From contig DVNA01000040.1 in assembly GCA_018714665.1 (NCBI GenBank), forward strand, positions 1 to 32,963: a stretch of DNA of 32,963 nucleotides, in the 5' to 3' direction. Numbering within the stretch: position 1 is the stretch's first letter; every line of letters starts with the position of its first letter. Source of the stretch: Candidatus Gallibacteroides avistercoris (lineage in GTDB: Bacteria; Bacteroidota; Bacteroidia; Bacteroidales; CHK158-818). Under the pieces are notes generated by a model. That model searched no databases. It had not been told where the DNA came from and saw only the letters and a program-made list of their open reading frames with translations. Made by a program: the position numbers and the translations under genes. Shown here one piece after another: positions 17,155 through 27,507 of this stretch.

Positions 17155-20052
17155 ATGACGATCAGGTTAAACAAAGTAGCAAGAGATTTAAACGTAGGAA
17201 TTCAGACGGCTGTCGATTTCCTGCAAAAGAAGGGATTTACCATCGAGGCGAACCCCATGACCAAAATTAGTGACGAACAACACGCTTTGCTCATCAAAGA
17301 GTTCAGCAAAGATCAGCATCTGAAAAAAGAATCCGATCGGATCAGTCTTGAACGCCACAACAAAGAGAAGAGCAAAGAAAGCGTTTCAATCGAAGGCTAC
17401 GAATCTGATGAAAAAGAGAACAAACCGGATGAGATCGTCGAAATACGAACCGTTATTTCGGACGAAATAAGGCCTCGCATCAAACAGGTAGGGAAGATAG
17501 ATTTAAACGCCTTAAACCCGAAACATGGAAAAACGGCGAAACCGCACGACAGCTCTTCTGAAAAGAGTACCCCGGCAACCGCATCACCGGTAGCAAAAGA
17601 ACCGATCAGCGCCAAAGCGGAAACGCCGTCAGATAACCAAGCAGAAGAAAAGCAGCCCTCCTCTCCTGCCGAATCGAAAACAGACAACATCAATGCCACC
17701 CCTACGGGAACTAATACTGTGCCGGAGGAAACAGATATACCAGAAAAAAGTTCCCAAGAAACGGAACCCGAGAACAAGGAAGAAGAGGTATTTACCTTGA
17801 ACCATCCGAAATTGGCCAATACGATCAATGTCGTAGGAAAAATTGATCTTGAAGCCCTGAACCAACAGACCCGGCCCAAGAAAAAATCGAAAGAAGAACG
17901 CCGAAAAGAACGGGAGGCCAAAGAGATTAAACGAAATGAGTTAAAGAAAAACTTTGCCTTGGCCAAAGAGAGCGCTGACAACGAACCAGAGACAGAACGA
18001 AAAAGAAGAAAGCGTATCAACAAGGAAAAGATTGATATAGAACATGCTGCTTCAACGGTGGGAACAAACAAGCCCAACCGTCCGTCGCGAGATAATTCGG
18101 CAGGCAAAAACAAGCCTAAACTCAAAAAACCTGTCAAAACTGAAATAAACGAAGAAGACGTTCAAAAACAGATTAAAGAGACGCTGGCTCGGCTAACTAC
18201 CAAAACTCCCAAAAAAGGGACCAAACACCGTAAAGACAAACGGGAAGCCTTCCAGAACCGGATGCAGGAAATGGAAGAACAGGAAATGGCAGAAAGCAAA
18301 ATCCTGAAACTGACGGAATTTGTTACCGCCAACGACTTGGCCAACCTGATGAACATCCCGGTGAACCAGGTTATTGCCACGTGCATGAGCATCGGCATCA
18401 TGGTATCTATCAACCAGCGCTTAGACGCCGAAACCATCAACATTGTAGCCGAAGAGTTTGGTTACACCACCGAATACGTGAGTGCCGAAGTAATCGAGGC
18501 CATTGCTTCGGAAGAAGAGGAAGACTCCGAAGATGATTTGCAGCCCAGAGCCCCCATCGTTACGGTGATGGGACACGTGGACCACGGTAAAACCTCTTTG
18601 CTCGACTACATCCGCAACGCCAACGTAATAGCCGGTGAGGCCGGCGGTATTACCCAACATATCGGCGCCTACAACGTAAAACTGAGCGACGGCCGCCGCA
18701 TCACCTTCCTCGATACTCCGGGACACGAAGCCTTTACCGCCATGCGTGCCCGCGGAGCCAAGGTAACGGATATTGCCATCATCATCGTGGCAGCGGACGA
18801 CAATGTGATGCCCCAAACCATCGAAGCTATCAACCACGCATCGGCAGCAGGCGTTCCTATGGTATTTGCCATTAACAAGATTGACAAACCCAATGCCAAC
18901 CCCGACAAGATAAAAGAGGAGCTGGCCAACATGAACTACCTGGTAGAAGACTGGGGTGGTAAATACCAGTCGCAGGAGATCTCGGCCAAAAAAGGTACCG
19001 GCGTACACGAGCTACTGGAAAAGGTGTTGCTGGAAGCCGAACTGTTGGATCTCAAAGCCAATCCCAACAAACGGGCAACTGGATCTATCATAGAATCAAC
19101 GCTTGACAAAGGACGCGGATATGTGGCCACGGTGCTGGTAGAAAACGGTACCCTGAAAACCGGAGATATCGTCTTGGCCGGAACCCAATACGGACGTATC
19201 AAAGCCATGTTCAACGAACGGAACCAGCGCATTACAGAGGCAGGTCCGGCCGAACCGGTATTGATACTGGGGCTGAACGGAGCTCCTCAGGCCGGTGACA
19301 AATTCAACGTACTGGAATCCGACCAGGAGGCCCGCGAAATAGCCAACAAGCGCGAACAGCTTCAACGGGAATTGGGATTGAGAACCCAAAAGATATTGAC
19401 GCTGGACGACATCGGAAGAAGAATCGCCATAGGCAACTTCCAGGAACTGAACATCATTGTAAAAGGCGACGTGGACGGTTCTATCGAAGCGTTGAGCGAC
19501 TCGTTGATCAAACTCTCTACCGAAGAGATACAGGTCAATGTCATCCACAAGGCCGTCGGACAGATCTCCGAATCGGACGTTACGCTGGCAGCAGCCTCGA
19601 ACGCCATCATCATCGGGTTCCAGGTACGCCCCTCCATATCGGCCCGCAAACTGGCAGAAAAAGAGGGTGTGGACATCCGCTTGTACTCGATTATCTACGA
19701 TGCCATAGAAGAGGTAAAATCGGCCATGGAGGGAATGCTCTCGCCCGAAATAAAGGAAGAGATCACCTCGACGGTAGAGGTACGCGAAACGTTCCACATC
19801 TCCAAAGTGGGAACCGTGGCCGGATGTATGGTAAAAGACGGCAAGATAAAACGGAACTCGAAAGTACGCCTCATCCGCGACGGTATCGTCATTTACAGCG
19901 GCGAACTCGGATCGCTCAAACGGTTCAAGGACGACGTAAAAGAGGTTGTCAGCGGATACGAATGCGGATTGAACATTACCAACTACAACGACATCAAGAT
20001 TGGCGATATCATAGAAGCATACGAAGAGGTCGAGGTCAAGAAGAGCCTGTAA
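17155..20052 (+). CDS. infB: Translation initiation factor IF-2
   Basis: [39 protein letters not shown]; start set at ATG 17155 (MTIRLNKV) rather than TTG 17113. Confidence 0.97.
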   Translation: MTIRLNKVARDLNVGIQTAVDFLQKKGFTIEANPMTKISDEQHALLIKEFSKDQHLKKESDRISLERHNKEKSKESVSIEGYESDEKENKPDEIVEIRTVISDEIRPRIKQVGKIDLNALNPKHGKTAKPHDSSSEKSTPATASPVAKEPISAKAETPSDNQAEEKQPSSPAESKTDNINATPTGTNTVPEETDIPEKSSQETEPENKEEEVFTLNHPKLANTINVVGKIDLEALNQQTRPKKKSKEERRKEREAKEIKRNELKKNFALAKESADNEPETERKRRKRINKEKIDIEHAASTVGTNKPNRPSRDNSAGKNKPKLKKPVKTEINEEDVQKQIKETLARLTTKTPKKGTKHRKDKREAFQNRMQEMEEQEMAESKILKLTEFVTANDLANLMNIPVNQVIATCMSIGIMVSINQRLDAETINIVAEEFGYTTEYVSAEVIEAIASEEEEDSEDDLQPRAPIVTVMGHVDHGKTSLLDYIRNANVIAGEAGGITQHIGAYNVKLSDGRRITFLDTPGHEAFTAMRARGAKVTDIAIIIVAADDNVMPQTIEAINHASAAGVPMVFAINKIDKPNANPDKIKEELANMNYLVEDWGGKYQSQEISAKKGTGVHELLEKVLLEAELLDLKANPNKRATGSIIESTLDKGRGYVATVLVENGTLKTGDIVLAGTQYGRIKAMFNERNQRITEAGPAEPVLILGLNGAPQAGDKFNVLESDQEAREIANKREQLQRELGLRTQKILTLDDIGRRIAIGNFQELNIIVKGDVDGSIEALSDSLIKLSTEEIQVNVIHKAVGQISESDVTLAAASNAIIIGFQVRPSISARKLAEKEGVDIRLYSIIYDAIEEVKSAMEGMLSPEIKEEITSTVEVRETFHISKVGTVAGCMVKDGKIKRNSKVRLIRDGIVIYSGELGSLKRFKDDVKEVVSGYECGLNITNYNDIKIGDIIEAYEEVEVKKSL

Positions 20053-20095
20053 ACAACCTCGGGAAGCAACCGCCGAAATGCAACCTTTTTAATAC

Positions 20096-20161
20096 GAGAG
20101 AAACACAGTGGGACACATCCCGGGAAATACCGGACATGAAATTTCTTCTGTGTTTCTTTTT
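20096..20161 (+). other. Long irregular hairpin with U-tract between infB and cvpA (terminator-like or processing structure)
   Basis: AGAAACACAG (20099-20108) pairs perfectly with CTGTGTTTCT (20148-20157); inner CCGG-GAAATA-CCGG (20120-20133); followed by TTTT. Confidence 0.5.
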
Positions 20162-20202
20162 CTATATCGACAGAACCGCGAAACGGAGGCAGAACAAAAG
20201 AA

Positions 20203-20811
20203 ATGGAGAATCTCAACTACCTGGATATTATCATCCTGTGTTTCCTGTTATACGGAATCATCCGGGGTGCCATGAGCGGACTGGTGCGACAGGCCCTCTC
20301 GCTGGCAGGCTTGGTGATAGCCGTTTTCTGCTCACAATTTGTTGCCATCCCAATCGATTCGCTGCTGAATACCTTATTGCAGGTTCCGGCAAATATCTCC
20401 AAACCACTCGCCTTCTGTTTTGCCTTTCTACTGATTTTGCTCGCCTGTGAAATATGCATCCGGTTATTGGACAAGATTCTTTCCATAACGCGGCTAAGCG
20501 GAATCAACCGGTTGCTGGGCATCGTTTTTTGCGAGCTTAAAATCATCGTTATTTTAAGTGTGGCCATCAATATCTACGAATTCTCTGACAAAGAATCAAA
20601 ACTGATAAGCCAGAACGCGAAAGGAGAATCGCTTCTATACCTACCCGTACAGGAAGCAGCACCGGCTCTTTTTTCACTCGTCACCCGGGAAATAGAGTGG
20701 GAAGATTTAAAAAACAGAATCAATCCAAACAAAGAGAATAACGGAAACGTTCTCTCTAAAACGGTTCTGACCCATACAGAACAGAACGATTATGGAACAA
20801 GATACATCTAA
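20203..20811 (+). CDS. cvpA: CvpA-family membrane protein
   Basis: NYLDIIIL...[31 protein letters not shown] motifs; 3' end overlaps the sufB start by 20 nt. Confidence 0.85.
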   Translation: MENLNYLDIIILCFLLYGIIRGAMSGLVRQALSLAGLVIAVFCSQFVAIPIDSLLNTLLQVPANISKPLAFCFAFLLILLACEICIRLLDKILSITRLSGINRLLGIVFCELKIIVILSVAINIYEFSDKESKLISQNAKGESLLYLPVQEAAPALFSLVTREIEWEDLKNRINPNKENNGNVLSKTVLTHTEQNDYGTRYI

Positions 20812-22243
20812 AAAAATCATTCGTGAGGTAACCTCGTCCGACTACAAATACGGATTTGTTACAGAAATCGATACGGACATTATTGAACGGGGCCTGAACG
20901 AACAGGTAATACGGCTCATCTCCGAGAAGAAACGGGAGCCGGAATGGTTGCTCGAATTCAGGTTGAACGCATACCGTTACTGGACTACCCTGGAAATGCC
21001 TCGCTGGGCTCACCTCGACATCCCGGAGATCGACTACCAGGGAATCAGCTACTACGCCGCACCCAAAACCAAGGAGGCACCCAAAAGCCTCGACGAGGTG
21101 GACCCCGAACTGTTGAAAACGTTCAACAAACTGGGTATCTCGCTCGAAGAGCAGATGATGCTATCGGGTATGGCCGTGGACGCGGTGATGGACAGCGTGT
21201 CGGTACGTACCACTTTCCGAGAAAAACTGGCTGAGCTGGGCGTCATATTCTGTTCATTCAGCGAGGCCGTCAGGGATTATCCCGATCTGGTAAAAAAATA
21301 CTTGGGATCGGTGGTTTCCTACCGCGACAACTTTTTTGCAGCCCTCAACTCGGCCGTATTCAGCGACGGCTCGTTCGTATATATCCCCAAGGGGGTGCGA
21401 TGTCCGATGGAACTGTCTACCTATTTCCGCATCAACGCAGCCAATACCGGACAGTTTGAACGCACCCTGATTGTGGCCGACGACGACAGTTACGTCAGCT
21501 ACCTGGAAGGGTGTACCGCTCCCATGCGCGACGAAAACCAACTGCACGCCGCCATTGTGGAGATTCGCGTACACGACCGCGCCGAGGTAAAGTACTCGAC
21601 CGTACAAAACTGGTACCCGGGCGACAAAAACGGAAAAGGGGGAATCTACAACTTCGTTACCAAACGGGGCCTTTGCAAGGGAGACCACTCCAAACTCTCG
21701 TGGACGCAGGTTGAAACGGGGTCTGCCATCACCTGGAAATACCCCAGCTGCGTGCTGGCCGGCGACAACTCATCGGGCGAATTCTACTCGGTGGCCGTAA
21801 CCAACAACTTCCAACAGGCCGACACCGGTACCAAAATGATTCACTTAGGGAAAAACACCCGCAGTACGATTGTTTCAAAAGGTATCTCGGCGGGGCGGAG
21901 CCAGAACAGTTACCGTGGGTTGGTCAAGGTATCTTCCCGCGCCGACAACGCCCGCAACTATACACAGTGCGACAGCCTGCTGCTAAGCCCGCACTGCGGC
22001 GCACACACCTTCCCCTATATGGATATCAAAAACAAGACCGCCATTGTGGAACACGAAGCCACCACCTCGAAAATAAACGAGGACCAGATATTTTACTGTA
22101 ACCAACGGGGTATCTCGACCGAAGATGCCGTCGGGCTGATTGTAAACGGATATGCCAAGGAGGTGATGAACAAACTGCCGATGGAGTTCGCCGTCGAAGC
22201 GCAGAAACTGCTGCAAATCTCGTTGGAAGGGTCGGTTGGATAG
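20792..22243 (+). CDS. sufB: Fe-S cluster assembly protein SufB
   Basis: [60 protein letters not shown]. Confidence 0.97.
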   Translation: MEQDTSKKIIREVTSSDYKYGFVTEIDTDIIERGLNEQVIRLISEKKREPEWLLEFRLNAYRYWTTLEMPRWAHLDIPEIDYQGISYYAAPKTKEAPKSLDEVDPELLKTFNKLGISLEEQMMLSGMAVDAVMDSVSVRTTFREKLAELGVIFCSFSEAVRDYPDLVKKYLGSVVSYRDNFFAALNSAVFSDGSFVYIPKGVRCPMELSTYFRINAANTGQFERTLIVADDDSYVSYLEGCTAPMRDENQLHAAIVEIRVHDRAEVKYSTVQNWYPGDKNGKGGIYNFVTKRGLCKGDHSKLSWTQVETGSAITWKYPSCVLAGDNSSGEFYSVAVTNNFQQADTGTKMIHLGKNTRSTIVSKGISAGRSQNSYRGLVKVSSRADNARNYTQCDSLLLSPHCGAHTFPYMDIKNKTAIVEHEATTSKINEDQIFYCNQRGISTEDAVGLIVNGYAKEVMNKLPMEFAVEAQKLLQISLEGSVG

Positions 22244-22275
22244 ACAAACAGATAGACAGATAAAATTACCAGAAT

Positions 22276-23028
22276 ATGCTCAAAATAGAAAATCTGCACG
22301 CAAACATAAACGGGAAAGAGATATTAAAGGGTATCTCGCTCGTAGTAAAGCCGGGAGAGGTACATGCCATCATGGGACCGAACGGATCGGGTAAAAGCAC
22401 CTTGTCATCGGTACTGGCGGGACATCCCGCATTTGAGGTAACCGAAGGCTCTGTTGTGTTTTACGGGAAAGACCTGCTGGCGCTATCGCCCGAAGACCGC
22501 TCCCACGAAGGGTTGTTCCTGAGTTTCCAATATCCGGTGGAGATACCGGGTGTAAGCATGGTCAACTTCATGCGGGCCGCCATCAACGAACAACGCAAAT
22601 ACCGGAACCTCCCGCCTATCTCGGCTACCGACTTCCTGCGGATGATGCGGGAGAAGAGAGAGATTGTAGAGCTGGACAACAAACTGGCCAGCCGCTCGGT
22701 CAATGAAGGATTCTCAGGCGGTGAAAAAAAACGGAACGAAATCTTCCAGATGGCTATGCTTGAACCGCGGCTATCGATTCTGGACGAAACCGACAGCGGG
22801 TTGGACATCGATGCCCTGCGTATCGTGGCAGGAGGTGTAAACAAACTCAAATCGGAAAAGAACGCCACAATCGTCATCACCCACTACCAACGCCTGCTCG
22901 ACTACATAAAACCCGATTTCGTACACGTCTTGTACAAAGGGCGCATCGTAAAATCGGGAGGTCCGGAACTGGCCCTGGAACTGGAAGAGAAAGGATACGA
23001 CTGGATAAAAAAAGAGTTGGGCGAGTAG
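22276..23028 (+). CDS. sufC: Fe-S cluster assembly ATPase SufC
   Basis: GPNGSGKST, FQYPVEIPGV, NEGFSGGEKKRNE, LDETDSGLDIDAL, ITHYQRLL. Confidence 0.97.
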   Translation: MLKIENLHANINGKEILKGISLVVKPGEVHAIMGPNGSGKSTLSSVLAGHPAFEVTEGSVVFYGKDLLALSPEDRSHEGLFLSFQYPVEIPGVSMVNFMRAAINEQRKYRNLPPISATDFLRMMREKREIVELDNKLASRSVNEGFSGGEKKRNEIFQMAMLEPRLSILDETDSGLDIDALRIVAGGVNKLKSEKNATIVITHYQRLLDYIKPDFVHVLYKGRIVKSGGPELALELEEKGYDWIKKELGE

Positions 23029-23063
23029 TTCCTGTCGCCTTTTATTTAGAAAAAAGCAACAAG

Positions 23064-24404
23064 ATGAGTTCAGAAAACCAATATATATCGCTGTTCGAGG
23101 AATTTGCCCCGGCCATAAACAAGCACTCTTGCAACGTGATGAATGTTTACCGGGACGAAGCCATGAGCCGTTTTAAAGAGTTAGGATTTCCTCCGCATAC
23201 GGCAGAGGATTATCGGCATACGGACATCCCCGAAGCATTTGCTCCGGATTTCGGAATGAACCTGAACCAGATCGAGATACCGGTTGACCCGTACGAAATT
23301 TTCCGGTGCGACGTACCTAACCTAAGTACATCGCTCTACTTCCTGGTAAACGATACCTTTTGCGACCTGCGGCCCAAAAGCCTCCTTCCCAAAGGGGTCC
23401 TGGCCGGCAGCCTTCGCACGTTGGCCCAGACATATCCGGAATTGACCGCGAAATTCTACCACCAACTGGCCCGGAACAGCCAGGACGGGACCGTGGCGTT
23501 CAACACCGCGTTTGCCCAGGACGGTTTCTTTCTGTACATTCCCCGAGGTGTTATTGTCGAAAAACCCATCCAGTTGGTCAACGTACTGCGGAGCGATGTC
23601 GATTTCCTGGCCAACCGCCGTATCCTCATCGTCGTAGAAGAGGGTGCACAAGCCAAACTGCTGGTATGCGACCACACGATCAACAACGTACATTTCCTCT
23701 CGACTCAGGTATGTGAAATCTTCGTGGGAGAAGGGGCCACATTCGATTATTACGAAATTGAGGAGACGACATTGAAAACAAAACGTATCGCCACCACTTT
23801 CGTATCGCAACAGGCCCGTTCAAATGTTCTGGTCAATGGTATCACGCTACACAACGGCATGACCCGAAACAACTACTTCTTGCGTTTTGAAGGGGAAAAT
23901 GCCGAAACCCACTTGTGTGGAATGGCCATCGGAGACCAAAACGAAACGATCGATAATTTCACCTACATCGACCATGCCGTTCCCCGCTGTTCCAGCCGGG
24001 AGCTGTTCAAATATGTTTTGAACGACACCTCTACCGGTTCGTTCAGCGGCCGTATCCTGGTACGCGAAGGTGCTGTCAGGACCGAGGCATACCAAAGCAA
24101 CAAGAACCTGTGTGCCACATCAGAGGCTCAAATGTTTACCAAGCCTCAACTCGAAATCTACGCCGACGACGTCAAATGCAGTCACGGAGCGACCATCGGC
24201 CAGTTGGATGAACAGGCCCTGTTCTATATGCGCTCGCGGGGTATTCCCGAAGAGGAGGCCCGTATGCTGCTGATGTTCGCCTTTACCAGCGACGTGATCG
24301 ACACGGTCCGGCTCGATGCCCTGAAAGACAGGCTACGCCTGCTGGTGGAAAAAAGGTTCCGCGGAGAGTTAGCCAAATGTTCCGGATGCAGAATTTGCCA
24401 ATAA
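23064..24404 (+). CDS. sufD: Fe-S cluster assembly protein SufD
   Basis: KPQLEIYADDVKCSHGATIGQLDE..LFYMRSRGI; position in sufBCDS. Confidence 0.95.
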   Translation: MSSENQYISLFEEFAPAINKHSCNVMNVYRDEAMSRFKELGFPPHTAEDYRHTDIPEAFAPDFGMNLNQIEIPVDPYEIFRCDVPNLSTSLYFLVNDTFCDLRPKSLLPKGVLAGSLRTLAQTYPELTAKFYHQLARNSQDGTVAFNTAFAQDGFFLYIPRGVIVEKPIQLVNVLRSDVDFLANRRILIVVEEGAQAKLLVCDHTINNVHFLSTQVCEIFVGEGATFDYYEIEETTLKTKRIATTFVSQQARSNVLVNGITLHNGMTRNNYFLRFEGENAETHLCGMAIGDQNETIDNFTYIDHAVPRCSSRELFKYVLNDTSTGSFSGRILVREGAVRTEAYQSNKNLCATSEAQMFTKPQLEIYADDVKCSHGATIGQLDEQALFYMRSRGIPEEEARMLLMFAFTSDVIDTVRLDALKDRLRLLVEKRFRGELAKCSGCRICQ

Positions 24405-24411
24405 TTTGCCT

Positions 24412-25629
24412 ATGTTAGACATTCAAAAAATACGAGAAGATTTTCCCATCCTGTCGCGTCAGGTATATGGAAAACCGCTGGTTTATTTAGATAACGCCGC
24501 TACGTCACAAACGCCGAAATGCGTTGTCGATAAGATTGCCGAAAGCTACTACATGAGCAATGCCAACGTACACCGGGGGGTACACTTCCTCAGCCAGGAG
24601 GCCACCAACATCATGGAGCAATCCCGTCGCCACATACAACGGTACATAAACGCGCGTCATCCGCATGAAATCATCTTTACGCGAGGAACTACCGAATCTA
24701 TCAACCTGGTGGCATCTTCGTTCGGGGAGGCTTTTCTGCAACCGGGCGACGAGGTAATCATCTCGGAGATGGAACACCACGCCAACATTGTACCGTGGCA
24801 ACTGCTCGAAACGAGAAAAGGGATACGCATCCAGGTTATACCCATCACTCCTGCCGGAGAACTGGATATGGAGGTATTCCGTGGGCTCTTCTCCCCCAAA
24901 ACGAAACTGGTATCGATTACCTACGTATCGAACGTACTGGGAACGATCAATCCGGTAAAAGATATTATCGATACGGCACACCGGCACGAGGTACCGGTTT
25001 TGATAGACGGGGCTCAGGCTATTCCTCACCTGAAAGTTGATGTACAGGCACTGGATGCAGACTTTTTTGTCTTCTCGGCCCACAAGGTATACGGACCTAC
25101 CGGATTCGGCGTGTTGTACGGAAAAGAACAATGGCTGGACCGGATGCCTCCCTATCAGGGCGGCGGCGAAATGATTGCCCACGTATCTTTTGAAAAAACC
25201 ACCTTCAACGAACTGCCGTTCAAGTTTGAAGCGGGTACACCCGATTACATCGGCGCATCGGCTTTCTCTACGGCATTGAGCTATGTAGAGAAGATCGGCA
25301 TTGAGAACATCGCCGCGCACGAGAATGAACTGACTCAATATGCCACGCAACGGATGCAGGAGATACCGGGTATGCGCATCTTCGGTACAGCCCGTCAGAA
25401 GGGAGCTGTCATTTCATTCCTGATAGGCAACAGTCACCCGTACGACGTAGGGATGCTGATTGACAAAATGGGCGTAGCCGTCCGTACCGGACACCATTGC
25501 GCTCAACCCCTCATGCACGCCCTGGGGATAGAGGCTACGGCCAGAGCATCGTTTGCCATTTACAACACCCGAGAAGAGGTGGACATTTTTATAGAGAGCC
25601 TGAAACGTGCAGCGGCCATGTTGCAATAA
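24412..25629 (+). CDS. sufS: Cysteine desulfurase SufS (group II)
   Basis: YLDNAATSQ, NVHRG, EHHAN, SAHK (PLP Lys), RTGHHCAQP (catalytic Cys); ATG 24412 preferred over TTG 24406. Confidence 0.96.
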   Translation: MLDIQKIREDFPILSRQVYGKPLVYLDNAATSQTPKCVVDKIAESYYMSNANVHRGVHFLSQEATNIMEQSRRHIQRYINARHPHEIIFTRGTTESINLVASSFGEAFLQPGDEVIISEMEHHANIVPWQLLETRKGIRIQVIPITPAGELDMEVFRGLFSPKTKLVSITYVSNVLGTINPVKDIIDTAHRHEVPVLIDGAQAIPHLKVDVQALDADFFVFSAHKVYGPTGFGVLYGKEQWLDRMPPYQGGGEMIAHVSFEKTTFNELPFKFEAGTPDYIGASAFSTALSYVEKIGIENIAAHENELTQYATQRMQEIPGMRIFGTARQKGAVISFLIGNSHPYDVGMLIDKMGVAVRTGHHCAQPLMHALGIEATARASFAIYNTREEVDIFIESLKRAAAMLQ

Positions 25630-25719
25630 CAAACAACGGTTACTCCCTGCTCATTGATTATGCTTACTGGCGGAACAGTACGCAACGCTGTCTTTTCCGC
25701 ACTTATGATACGATAGATT

Positions 25720-27198
25720 ATGCAACCTGATTCGTCCTTGAGGTCGGAACACCTGAAACATCCCATATTTTCGCTGATCGGCTCGATTGCCGACCAGGCG
25801 GGACAACCTTGCTACGTAATCGGCGGATATGTCCGCGATATTTTCTTAAAACGTCCCTCCAAAGATATAGACATCGTTACATTGGGTAGCGGTATCAACT
25901 TAGCAACCTCTCTGTCGAAACAACTCGGTAAAGGGGCATACCTCTCGGTTTTCAAAAATTTCGGTACGGCCCAGGTGAAATACCGGAATCTGGAAATCGA
26001 ATTTGTCGGAGCCCGAAAAGAGTCGTACAACCGGGACTCCCGGAAACCGGTAGTCGAGAACGGTACCCTGGCCGATGACCAGAACCGGCGCGACTTTACA
26101 ATCAACGCACTGGCCATCTGCCTGAACAAGGAGTGTTTCGGGGAATTAATCGACCCGTTCGGAGGCCTTTCCGATTTGGGAAACAAAACAATCCGTACCC
26201 CGCTCAATCCGGACATCACGTTCAGCGACGACCCCTTGCGGATGATGCGGGCCATCCGCTTCTCCACCCAACTGGAATTCCGCATAGAAGAGAACACACT
26301 CAACGCCATTACCCGCAATGCTGAACGCATCAACATCATCTCGAAAGAACGCATCATTGACGAACTGAACAAGATCATGGCATCGGAGAAACCCTCTACC
26401 GGGTATCTGCTGCTGAACAAATGCCAGCTGCTTAAACTGATTTTCCCGGAACTCGATGCACTGAAAGGCGTCGAAACCAAAGACGGGAAAGGGCACAAAG
26501 ACAATTTCTTCCATACGTTGCAGGTCCTGGACAATGTGGCAGCCCGTACCGACAATATCTGGCTACGATGGGCGGCGCTGTTGCACGACATTGCCAAACC
26601 TGTTACCAAACGCTACGACGAGAAAATAGGCTGGACGTTCCATAACCACAATTTCGTAGGCGAGAAGATGATCCCTTCCATCTTTCGGAAGATGAAATTA
26701 CCGCTGAACGAGAAGATGAAATATGTACAGAAACTGGTCGGGTTACATATGCGCCCCATTATCCTGGCAGAAGATACGGTAACCGATTCAGCTGTACGAA
26801 GGCTGCTTTTCGACGCAGGCGACGACATAGAAGATTTAATGCTGTTGTGCGAAGCCGACATTACCTCGAAAAACCGCGAGAAAGTGGCCCGTTTCCGGGA
26901 TAACTTTCAACTGGTACGAACCAAACTGAAAGAGATTGAAGAAAAAGACCGCATCCGAAATATGCAACCGCCCATATCGGGAGAAGAGATCATGGAGATA
27001 TTCAACCTTCCTCCGTGCAGCCAGGTAGGGGCTATAAAAAGCGCTATCAAAGATGCCATCCTCGATGGAATCATCCCCAACGAGAAAGAGGCAGCATACC
27101 AATTTATGATGGATTTTGCCCGGTCGAAACAGATACCGATGATAAATCCGTTACCAGAGTATACAGATTCCCCCCAAAAGGCTCATAATATCCACTAA
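25720..27198 (+). CDS. cca: tRNA nucleotidyltransferase (CCA-adding/poly(A) polymerase family) with HD domain
   Basis: GGYVRD..L.RPSKDIDI, RRDFTINAL, DDPLRMMRAIRF, SKERI, LLHDIAKP. CCA versus poly(A) activity cannot be proven from motifs alone. Confidence 0.88.
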   Translation: MQPDSSLRSEHLKHPIFSLIGSIADQAGQPCYVIGGYVRDIFLKRPSKDIDIVTLGSGINLATSLSKQLGKGAYLSVFKNFGTAQVKYRNLEIEFVGARKESYNRDSRKPVVENGTLADDQNRRDFTINALAICLNKECFGELIDPFGGLSDLGNKTIRTPLNPDITFSDDPLRMMRAIRFSTQLEFRIEENTLNAITRNAERINIISKERIIDELNKIMASEKPSTGYLLLNKCQLLKLIFPELDALKGVETKDGKGHKDNFFHTLQVLDNVAARTDNIWLRWAALLHDIAKPVTKRYDEKIGWTFHNHNFVGEKMIPSIFRKMKLPLNEKMKYVQKLVGLHMRPIILAEDTVTDSAVRRLLFDAGDDIEDLMLLCEADITSKNREKVARFRDNFQLVRTKLKEIEEKDRIRNMQPPISGEEIMEIFNLPPCSQVGAIKSAIKDAILDGIIPNEKEAAYQFMMDFARSKQIPMINPLPEYTDSPQKAHNIH

Positions 27199-27239
27199 CA
27201 ACCAACATTTCTGACCATACGTCATGCTGTGCCGAACAT

Positions 27240-27273
27240 AAAAGTTTTTGGTGCCGCTTTTTTCAAAAAGCGG
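27240..27273 (+). repeat. REP-like palindromic element, copy 2
   Basis: AAAAGTTTTTGGTG-CCGCTTTTTTCAAAAAGCGG, 41 nt after the cca stop. Confidence 0.75.
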
Positions 27274-27404
27274 TGAGAAGATCTCCGTTTACCAAAAGCG
27301 ATAAAAACCACGTGTATTTATTCAAAATGACACAAAATATCGCTTTTCTCGTTTTTTTGTTATTTTTTATCCCAAAATGCTTGCATTTTTATTCTTAATT
27401 ATCG

Positions 27405-27412
27405 TATATTTG
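27405..27412 (+). promoter_or_regulatory. -7 element TATATTTG(CA) for gdhA
   Basis: Exact TAnnTTTG with a TTG 21 nt upstream (27381-27383). Confidence 0.65.
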
Positions 27413-27507
27413 CAACGCAAAAAGATAAAAGCGTGGATCATGTACACAAACAAAAGCATGAATTTCTCCTCGATTTTTTAAAACGATAACTAATTATATT
27501 TTAGCAA

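Noticed and set aside
17540-17790. Low-complexity P/E/S/T-rich segment in IF-2
   Set aside because: A variable N-terminal linker is normal for IF-2 and there is no nucleotide-level repeat.
19824-20450. 208-aa ORF bridging infB and cvpA (possible frameshift fusion)
   Set aside because: Both flanking genes are complete with normal ends, no slippery site is evident and the translation is not protein-like.
24505-26609. Long antisense ORFs (281 aa at 24505-25350, 265 aa at 25812-26609; similar ones opposite parB, pdxJ and infB)
   Set aside because: They lie wholly or almost wholly opposite conserved housekeeping genes, have no recognisable motifs, and are expected from codon bias.
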